NCBI GenBank assembly: GCA_905178155.1
Contig: CAJINV010000090.1
Coordinates: 1-9,557, forward strand
DNA from: Amoebophrya sp. A120
Taxonomy: Eukaryota > Protista > Dinoflagellata
DNA: 9,557 bases
Direction: 5' to 3'
Below, piece after piece: positions 1-7,454 of the stretch (the stretch's first letter is position 1; every line of letters begins with the position of its first letter). Made by a program: the position numbers and the translations under genes. Under the pieces are notes generated by a model that was not told where the DNA came from, made no database searches, and was given only the letters and a program-made list of their open reading frames with translations.

Positions 1-95
1 TTATAGACCAAACCTAGCCAGCCTACTATAAAAATCGTAATCTCGTAGCTGAACACAGATCATCCCAAAACTCCAGCTACCGCTGTTCGTACTTG
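1..95. repeat. 95-bp terminal direct repeat, left copy (circular/tandem overlap)
   Basis: 1..95 (ttatagacc...gtacttg) is identical to 9463..9557 and lies flush with the window start. Confidence 0.97.
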
Positions 96-571
96 ATTCC
101 TTCATATCCTCATCTTGCCCTGTAACCTTTGGCACATGATGCGCGAAACGCGAATTGGTGTCCAACATTTCTGCTGCAAAATGCAGTAAGTCTTCACGCG
201 CTCATTTCCATTGGCCCCGCAAGAGAGCCATCAAAATGGACCAACAAAAGTGAAGATTTTCGCATTCACACTTGCAGCATAAGAAATCGAGATCAAAGGA
301 GCTAGTAGTGTGAAATGAAATTTGGTGAAGCGTATACGTCCTGAAAAACGTCTGCACACACAGCAACATCAAAATAGAATCAAATCACGCTGACTAGATC
401 GCGCGGTGTTCAAAACACCGGCTGTAGATCTCGCGCCGAGGCTAAAGTGAAGGCTGCAGCGGCCGTGCCGCGACATTTTCCCCCCAAGCATCGGCGACCA
501 AGCGTTATCGCCAAATTCGCAGGTAAACATTCCAGAGAAACAGGATGCCACCTGCTGGGTCAAGATAGAGC

Positions 572-2989
572 TCAACGGCGTTGGGCCAAGTTTTCCTCGG
601 TCTCAAGGCCCCAGAGTAGGGGCGATAGAGCATCCGCCGTCGGAACGTCTTCGTGGTTGCATCGTGGGTAGAGCTTCTGCAGCAACTCCATCCGTTCCAT
701 TCTTGTGAGTATATCAGCAATGTTTCTCATGCTGCATACCCAGGCAACATAAAAAAGAAGGCCGAGACGCTGCGCGAACTTGTGGAAATTCTTCACAATT
801 CTCCCCGTCGCAGCGCACCTACTGTCGTTCCGGATCAGCGAGAAGGCGACCCCGGAATTATCCTGGTGCACTATCGTGTAGTGATTTTTCAGCGTTCCCG
901 CATACTTGCGAAAAGCCATCGCCGCCGCAAGTGCCTCGAGAACACCAATGTGAATTCTGTCACACCACTTCGGTATCCGGTCAATCTTCACCGAAAAGGA
1001 GTACTGAGTATCTTCATCGACATACAAGAAGGCCCCAAGAAAAATTTGGTGCTCCTCGATAGCAGCGCCCTTCCGTATGCCTTTCTCGATTTTCTTGTTG
1101 AGGCCTTTCATGTCGTGCAAGGCTGCGTCCGTGTACAGATGGCAAATCTTCCGGTCCACATTGCCCAGCGTCAGCTCCACTGGCTTCACCGAACTCACCA
1201 TGCTTTTCATGAGTTCCACCTGCGCCCTGAGCTGCTTCTTGCATTTGTCTTGGTATATTCTCTCCATAAAAAGTTTCTCCACCGTCCAGGCGTCGAGGGG
1301 ACGGGCCAACGCGCACGCCGGCCGGTCTAGCTGCGCGCAGTGTCGATATAATCCTTTGAAGGACTCGAGCCGTTTTCTGTCAATCCGGCTCTTCTGAATG
1401 TCCCGGAGGATCGCATTGGCCTTGGCAATGCATTCCGCGACCTTAGCCGGGTTGACCTCGATCCTGATCGTCAAACCCGGCGCCAGGGTGTACGCCATGC
1501 CCAACACCGTCAGCGCCCTCTGAGTGGCGTCAAGCTGCGTGGCCCCTTTTTCGGAGCTTTGCCACCACCCACCGAGGGCCAGCATCAGATCGACTAAAAC
1601 TTCATCAGAGGCTAGCTGCCTCTTCCTACTTAAAATGTGAAGATCATCAATGTAGATACTAACTAAAACTCTAAGCAAACAGCAACAGATTATTTGAAGC
1701 GTCTCGCTTACCGAGACGCATTCATAAACGCTCGATAGACTCCCAAACAGTTGCACCGCGCTGAGTATCAAAGCCCAGGCATGTCGGGGTCGGACCGGCT
1801 TCCCGTTTCGGCCCCGTTTTCTTGGCGTCTCCGGTTTCTCAGGCTCCGTCTGCGGCACCGGGAAGAAAACAGCATTTTTAATTTCTTCACGGGTGCCACA
1901 CTGGTAATAAAAGGACCGCAGGTCCCGCTTCGCACCATACGGGCGGAAGCAAAACCCGTCCTCAGGCTCAGAGCCTTCCTCGTCCTCTTTGTTGTCGCTG
2001 CTTTGAAAATAGAGCCTGTCGGAGTTGTCATCGGGCTGCGCAAAGATCCGCTGCGACTTATTCTGGTGCAGGTTGTTGTTCTCGATGATAGCCCGCAGCC
2101 GTCGCTCCTCGTCCATGTCTGCCAATAAATCTTTCTTCGACTGGAAACGAACTGGATCATTGCGGCGGCTCGACATGCAACGCTGGATGATGGCCATCGT
2201 GCACCTGGCCCCATTTAGACGCATGCGCTCCACCGGTACTATGCTGCGATTTTGGGATCTAAAATCTATACAACACCTGGCGCGGTTCGGATCATCTTCG
2301 GTGGGCTGCTTGACCGGGAACGCCAACGAGGCCCCCATCGGTAGTTTTGTGTCGTTCGGCACCACTCTCCACCTTCCAAGGCCAACCTGTTTCAACATTT
2401 GTTTGTGGAGTTCTACGATCTCCGCGTCAGTGGCCCAGTGGTTCCTCGTCGGGCAGCAGGTCTCGCTCGTGCCCTGATTTAACTCCTTCTGCAGCTGCAT
2501 CACCTTAGCCGACTCCTTTATTTTGTCACTGGGTAGAGGCATCCAGAAGCCCGACGCCGGTAGCACGGCGTCTTGCCTAAAACCCAGAGTCAACTTCTGT
2601 ATGATGCCCATGATCTGGGCCTTGCGTGCCTTATAAGCACCCCCCGCTTCGTCAACCGCGAGGGAAAGTAAACGGCGGAGATAAGCAAAACGCTTGCCCT
2701 CGTATACTTTCTTCAGATGATCTGCCAGCTTCTCATGTATCTCAATCTCCTCACCCTCTGTTTCTTCTACGATACGCATGAGAAGCGCTGCAACTCTCTT
2801 ACTCTTGTACTCCAACGACTCGCACGAGCTGGTTTTCAAGAAAGCAATTAAACTATCCATGTAGGACGGCACTACATCTCTCAAGCCGAAACTTCGATGT
2901 TTGTCGTCATGGATAAACTTAGGAAAATCTTCAGCCTGTGGCAAACTAGAACAGGCTTCCGACATCTTTACACAAATTCCTGCCAACAC
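572..2989 (-). CDS. Reverse transcriptase - RNase H of a YR retrotransposon
   Basis: RT motifs in order: FPVKQ, RCCIDFRSQN, motif A KRD356LRSFYYQ, motif B LFGSLSSV, motif C YIDD (1643..1654), primer grip TVLG. RNase H DEDD set: YTD621AA, HIGVLE685A, HQD710N, VCSMRNIAD759ILTR. The track start is GTG. The first ATG is at 2965 (MSEACS), the more likely eukaryotic start. Confidence 0.95.
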   Translation of the reverse strand: MLAGICVKMSEACSSLPQAEDFPKFIHDDKHRSFGLRDVVPSYMDSLIAFLKTSSCESLEYKSKRVAALLMRIVEETEGEEIEIHEKLADHLKKVYEGKRFAYLRRLLSLAVDEAGGAYKARKAQIMGIIQKLTLGFRQDAVLPASGFWMPLPSDKIKESAKVMQLQKELNQGTSETCCPTRNHWATDAEIVELHKQMLKQVGLGRWRVVPNDTKLPMGASLAFPVKQPTEDDPNRARCCIDFRSQNRSIVPVERMRLNGARCTMAIIQRCMSSRRNDPVRFQSKKDLLADMDEERRLRAIIENNNLHQNKSQRIFAQPDDNSDRLYFQSSDNKEDEEGSEPEDGFCFRPYGAKRDLRSFYYQCGTREEIKNAVFFPVPQTEPEKPETPRKRGRNGKPVRPRHAWALILSAVQLFGSLSSVYECVSVSETLQIICCCLLRVLVSIYIDDLHILSRKRQLASDEVLVDLMLALGGWWQSSEKGATQLDATQRALTVLGMAYTLAPGLTIRIEVNPAKVAECIAKANAILRDIQKSRIDRKRLESFKGLYRHCAQLDRPACALARPLDAWTVEKLFMERIYQDKCKKQLRAQVELMKSMVSSVKPVELTLGNVDRKICHLYTDAALHDMKGLNKKIEKGIRKGAAIEEHQIFLGAFLYVDEDTQYSFSVKIDRIPKWCDRIHIGVLEALAAAMAFRKYAGTLKNHYTIVHQDNSGVAFSLIRNDSRCAATGRIVKNFHKFAQRLGLLFYVAWVCSMRNIADILTRMERMELLQKLYPRCNHEDVPTADALSPLLWGLETEENLAQRR

Positions 2990-3640
2990 TTTTAAAAGCT
3001 GACAGGAGGGCCTACTTCTTCAACTCTTAATCTTTTTCACACTTCAAAACTCGCCAGCAGCTAGTTATTATGGGGCGGGGACCTGTGTTCCAGTACTTTT
3101 ACGAAAGAAGCATGGGCTTCCACTGCTCATGTGTGTGTTCCAATTGGCCACATCACAAAACACAGCCCATCACTCAGCACTTGTTTGCACCCAACGGTCC
3201 TGGACCATTGTGCTAAGACAGAAATCTACTAGCCTTCAACCTCAACCGAAAACGGACTTTTTGATGCTCTCAGCCCAGGTTCTCCGGCGCGGAGAGCGCT
3301 CACGAATCTCCGCCAACTTCTGCCCCAGCTTCTTGTCGAACTCCTGCGTATTATTTATTTTCGCGTTTGACTTTTAGCAACGCTGCTCAGTGGACTCGAG
3401 CTTTAAGAAAAATCGCCGCAACAAAAATTACTTTCTGATGGTCCTGCACAGTCATCGCGCAGAGCGCTCGTCTCGGTTTTTGAAGTTGTGCTTTCCCCTC
3501 CGTCAAGAGGTACGAAAGCCCTACCTTCGCGGCACTAATCAGTGACATGCGTGCAACTTATATATAGGCACCCCACAGAGAGCTGCACTCTCAGTGTTAT
3601 AAGTGCGCAATTATACTCATACTCATGCATGATCATCAGA

Positions 3641-3720
3641 CGCGTCCATCTATGGCGATGCTACCGCAATGTAGCTATGGTAGGCGGACCTACCCTGCTC
3701 ACCACGTGGATAGATCGCGC
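3641..3720 (-). other. Putative multi-stem RNA structure in the gag-RT spacer
   Basis: Plus-strand pairings: atctat/atagat closing stem, gctac-cgcaat-gtagc hairpin, ggtagg-cgga-cctacc hairpin. On the minus strand ggtga/tcgcc extends the closing stem. Confidence 0.35.
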
Positions 3721-3858
3721 TTTCAGGCATGAAGTAACCAACTTCGCATGACAACTTCGATTCAACGTTCTACAACAAATTCAAAGAAGCGAGAGCCATC
3801 GGCAGTGTGTGATTTATAGTGACTTGTGAGAACTTCGAACGGCAACTACACCATGTGT

Positions 3859-3879
3859 CAGGCTGCCGGCCCCTGGCAA
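3859..3879 (+). repeat. Left terminal inverted repeat of the nested insertion
   Basis: Reverse complement of 5101..5121 apart from positions 5-6 (ct vs ta). Confidence 0.85.
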
Positions 3880-4417
3880 GCTACTGCGTTAATTCGCGGC
3901 TTAAATTTTTCTAATTTGCCGGACATAAGGCAACACAGACACAAGGCGGCGCCCGATCAAACAAAGGGGGAGGCGGCACCCTTCCCCGGTGGCAACACCA
4001 CACCGGCGGACACCACCCCCCCGGGCCCCCCCGCGGCCCTGTAGCATGGAAAAGGGCGCAAAACTTGGCGCCACCGGGCAACATTACGCGGCCGGGAAAA
4101 CTAAAACGAGCGCCGCCGGGGCTGCGTGGTGTGCCGCGGCGCCCGCGAAATGAGGAGGCGGCCCAGAAAGCAGCCAAGGAAAGGCGCGGGCGCCTGCAAG
4201 CGCCAAAAGAAACGCCCCCAGAACCCAAAGAAAACAAAGAAAAGGCGCGGGCCGGGCAAAATCCACGGCGGCCCGGGCAGCCGCCTGGCCCTGATCGATA
4301 CCGGGCGCACGCCTGCCAGGAAACAGCCCGCGGCATCCGCCGGGCAACTCCGGAGTCGCGTCGGATGGCCTTCCGGGCGGCCTTCAATTCTTTGGGATTT
4401 TTGGGCGATCTTGGGTG

Positions 4418-4477
4418 TAATTTTTGATTTAATTTGAGGTCTAATATTTAGTCTAATTCTTGGTCTAATTTGAAAAC
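4418..4477 (+). repeat. Degenerate 12-bp tandem array of TAAT-initiated units
   Basis: TAAT starts at 4418, 4430, 4442, 4454 and 4466: taatttttgatt, taatttgaggtc, taatatttagtc, taattcttggtc, taatttgaaaac. Confidence 0.7.
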
Positions 4478-4526
4478 CAACGAAACCTTCCCGATTTCGT
4501 TGCTTTCAAATTAACCCCAAGAATTA
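4454..4526. repeat. Central imperfect inverted repeat (about 32-bp arms, 9-nt loop)
   Basis: Three perfect blocks: taattcttgg/ccaagaatta, taatttgaaa/tttcaaatta and caacgaaa/tttcgttg. The loop is ccttcccga (4486..4494). Confidence 0.85.
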
Positions 4527-5100
4527 CCCGCAAAACTACCCCGCTCATTACCCTCCGGGAGCCGGGGCGCCCCCGTTGAAATTAACTACGACCCGCGCCG
4601 CTGCCCCATGGAATATCCGGAATGGCCCCCCAGCCGGCATCCCCACCAATAACAAAAACAACGAAGCCCTCGCTAGGGCACAAACCAAACCCCAGCCCGG
4701 CCCCCCGAGGAAAACCAGAACCCCCGGGCCCTGCTTGCAAACAACAAACCCCCCGGGCCCGGCCAAAACACAAAGGAACAAGGGCAACACCCGGCCCGGC
4801 AATTTCCAAGGAGAAGAAACGCCAAAAGCTGGGCAAAATCATAAGGCCGGGCCGCTGCGCGACACAGGCGAGAAGCCCGCCCATCGAGCCCAAGGGCCCC
4901 AACATTGCGGGGGCGGATACAAAAAAAAAGCGGAGGCCTTCGGAGAAACAGAACGAACAAGACTGCGGCCGACCACATGCCCCGAGGGGGGCGCCCTTTC
5001 TCCACACACTGCCACGACTTCCAAAGGAAGAGCACGACGGAACTGCGCCGGGTCTTTGCTAGGATTTAGATTTTTTTAGGCGGGAAATCAGTGGCGGAAT

Positions 5101-5121
5101 TTGCCAGGGGCCGGCTACCTG
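5101..5121 (-). repeat. Right terminal inverted repeat of the nested insertion
   Basis: Reverse complement is caggtagccggcccctggcaa, 19/21 identical to 3859..3879. Confidence 0.85.
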
Positions 5122-5476
5122 ACATGTGTCCTCTAATCAGGCGCGTGGCTCTGCTCTTCATCTAGTTCATTATCGTCTTGCGTCCATACCCTATAGCCCT
5201 GGTTTTAGGTACGCTCCTTGGAGCTAGCATTCCTTTCTAAATTGTTTTAATTTCGTTACAATGGGGCGGGCAGGATGTTTGCATATCGTGGTGTACTGCT
5301 TGTCCATCATTCAATTTTCTTGGTGTCAAAGATTCGACTGCGTGTCTGAATCAGCGTGCCACTGCATAAATGCGAGCGGCTTCTGATGCTCGAGAACCTT
5401 ACTACCAAAATACTAACTTCAAGATTAAAAACCCGATCGCGATATAGTCTAAGTACAACATACAAAAGGGCTCGAT

Positions 5477-6343
5477 CTATGGCTGTTGTTTCGAGAGCTT
5501 CAACAATTCCTCACCAGAAAGGCGGGAGTTAAGAAATCTCTTGTTCAGAAAGGACAACTTATCGAGATCCCCCCCGTGCTGCTGCTTGTCGGGGCAGGGG
5601 CCAGATTTGGAACACTGGCCCTGCATCCACTTTAAGCATACCATGGCTCTACCTTTTCCGTCGCCCTTATTCTTCAAGCGCTTGGCCTTATCATCAGCAT
5701 CCGCCAAAGTGAGGCGGCGCTTGTTCATGTTATTGGTAGCAGTAATTACCTCCTGCAATTTCTTCTCCTGCTTATCGATTTTCTCCTGCAGAACCTCCAA
5801 CGACTTCAGGGCGCGGATTTCTCCGGCGATCGCCGTTTGAAAAGCCGGACCGAGTTCACTCACGATCGCCGCGTTATAACGACGCGCCCGAAAAGTATTC
5901 GCCGGCAGGGCGTCCACCACCGGCAGGCAGGTGGGGTCCAGCGCCAACTTCCACTGTTCATTGAAAATTTCATAGACTTTTTCCTTCGGGAGAGTATCGG
6001 CCGCCACCCCGACCTTCAAACTCCCGGTGAGTTTCTCGGTCACCTGTTTCTGGCCCGTAGTCGTCTCCCGGTTTCCCAAAATGCCGACAACCCGCACCGC
6101 CGCGTAAGCTTCGGTGGGCGCGATTTTCATGACGTCGCCGGACATAGCATGGTGGAGACGACCCGACTCGAACAGGGACTGCATGTAGAGAAACTGCTTG
6201 CTATCACATTTCTCACGAATGTCCTGCAGCGAGTTGTCTAACTGCTGCTGCTGAGCCGCCGTGGGGAAACCAATCCCGGCTTCCGCTTGGGCGCGGACCT
6301 GGCGGTCCAAGTGTTCCGCGACATGCTGGTTAGCGGCTGCCAT
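5477..6343 (-). CDS. Gag-like nucleic-acid-binding protein (coiled coil plus C-terminal CCCH zinc finger)
   Basis: 288-aa ATG-initiated ORF with a coiled-coil-like tract (IRALKSLEVLQEKIDKQEKKLQEV), a KGDGKGR linker and C-x7-C-x5-C-x5-H (CLKWMQGQCSKSGPCPDKQQH, 5576..5638). It lies upstream of RT on the same strand. The Gag call rests on position plus the zinc finger. Confidence 0.75.
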   Translation of the reverse strand: MAAANQHVAEHLDRQVRAQAEAGIGFPTAAQQQQLDNSLQDIREKCDSKQFLYMQSLFESGRLHHAMSGDVMKIAPTEAYAAVRVVGILGNRETTTGQKQVTEKLTGSLKVGVAADTLPKEKVYEIFNEQWKLALDPTCLPVVDALPANTFRARRYNAAIVSELGPAFQTAIAGEIRALKSLEVLQEKIDKQEKKLQEVITATNNMNKRRLTLADADDKAKRLKNKGDGKGRAMVCLKWMQGQCSKSGPCPDKQQHGGDLDKLSFLNKRFLNSRLSGEELLKLSKQQP

Positions 6344-7333
6344 CCTGTTTCCGACGGAAAGAAAGGTATAAAACTTGAACTCCGATGTCTGGAAGGGAAA
6401 CGAACTTCGGAAGGAAGTCTGAGAGGTCTAGCAAGTACTGGCGAAGCGAAGGTGAAAATGATAAACAAGTATGTCCCTGGAATGATGAATGGAGCTAAAT
6501 GACTAGAAGAGAAAACTTTTTGATGCTTCTCTTGGTATGAAAGGACACTTCGCACGCACTAAAGATTACAACTGCAGGCGATTTCACTTGTCGGGGCTGT
6601 TAGTGTGGAGATTTTGGATCTAGATCTACGTTTTGGCTTTATAAATATCTTGCAGGAGCTTTTAAAATTTGCAAAGATAATAGTGCTGGGCGTGGGAACT
6701 GAAGGCTGTTACTAGCTTGCGACTTATCACTTGCAGCGCGCCATCAGAAAGAGGTGCTTCTTGGTGTTTCAATGCTGGCTACACCTAATCGAGACTATCT
6801 TCCTGCGCCGCAACTCAGCGTTCTCATATTGACCGATTGACGTTGACAAAATTTTTAGTCCGTATGACAAAAATAGAGCAGGATACCGAAACTTACATCA
6901 TTCACCCCACACTGAAACTAACACGCCCAGCGTCATGGCGCACGACAGCCTGCACAAGTGACCGAGACCCTGAACCGAAGCCGGTTTCTCAGTGCGGAGA
7001 CGAAAGTATTCCAACACTTTCCGGCAAAATCCAGCAAAAATGGCTGTCCCCCGACTATATTCAGCTTAACGAGTGATGCCGAGGACCGAAAACAAAAACT
7101 GGCATAGGTCATGTGGTTACCGACACCTATGCGCGAGATCGTAGATGGCTAACATCAAGTAATCAAGGCTGAAAACTATTACCAATTTTCCTCACTGGCT
7201 ACTGGGGATCGAGATCTGAAACGACTAGTAGCTTCTGCAGTGGCACACAGAGTTACAGGCCCTATGCAGAAGAAACACAAACACCTGACTTCTTGCAGGT
7301 GAGGATCGGAAACCACTACTAAGGTTTACCAAC

Positions 7334-7363
7334 AAAGGCCTCCGGCTAGTCATTGAGGCCTTT
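7334..7363. repeat. Perfect 9-bp inverted repeat with 12-nt spacer
   Basis: aaaggcctc (7334..7342), spacer cggctagtcatt, gaggccttt (7355..7363). Confidence 0.6.
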
Positions 7364-7454
7364 AGGGAGCGGCCGAATCCACTAACACACCGGGAAATTT
7401 CTTTTTCATGATAGTTTCGTGCGAAACTGTGCGAAGTTTCAATGTGTAGTGTAG

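Larger units (their letters stand above)
3859..5121. mobile_element. Non-autonomous TIR-bounded insertion (MITE/foldback/introner-like, hAT-like ends)
   Basis: 21-bp TIRs match 19/21 (caggctgccggcccctggcaa at 3859..3879, ttgccaggggccggctacctg at 5101..5121). Flanking direct repeat ccatgtgt (3851..3858) / acatgtgt (5122..5129). Base composition inside differs sharply from the flanks, and there is no credible protein. An alternative boundary is 3856..5124 (TGT...ACA ends, TG duplication). Confidence 0.75.

Noticed and set aside
1-95. 95-bp repeat as an LTR
   Set aside because: It is flush with both window ends, perfectly identical and located between RT and YR. An assembly overlap of a circular or tandem unit explains it better.
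653-2477. Plus-strand and alternate-frame ORFs over the RT gene (e.g. 653..1330, 225 aa)
   Set aside because: Shadows of the RT-RNase H frame with no recognisable motifs and mostly non-ATG starts.
572-2989. Bacterial retron, DGR or group II intron RT next to a phage integrase
   Set aside because: A fused RNase H, a CCCH Gag-like partner and DIRS-type YR motifs indicate a eukaryotic YR retroelement. I found no TR/VR repeat pair.
3615-3645. Minus-strand CTGATGA followed by palindrome tcatgcatga as a hammerhead ribozyme
   Set aside because: The required GAAA after stem II is absent (GTAT follows).
4418-4550. CRISPR-like array
   Set aside because: Units are 12 bp, degenerate and contiguous, with no spacers and no cas genes.
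3826-5079. Dense stack of overlapping ORFs on both strands in the insert
   Set aside because: The lack of T on + (and of A on -) removes stop codons in all six frames. The products are low-complexity P/G/R/K or F/G/L strings with no motifs.
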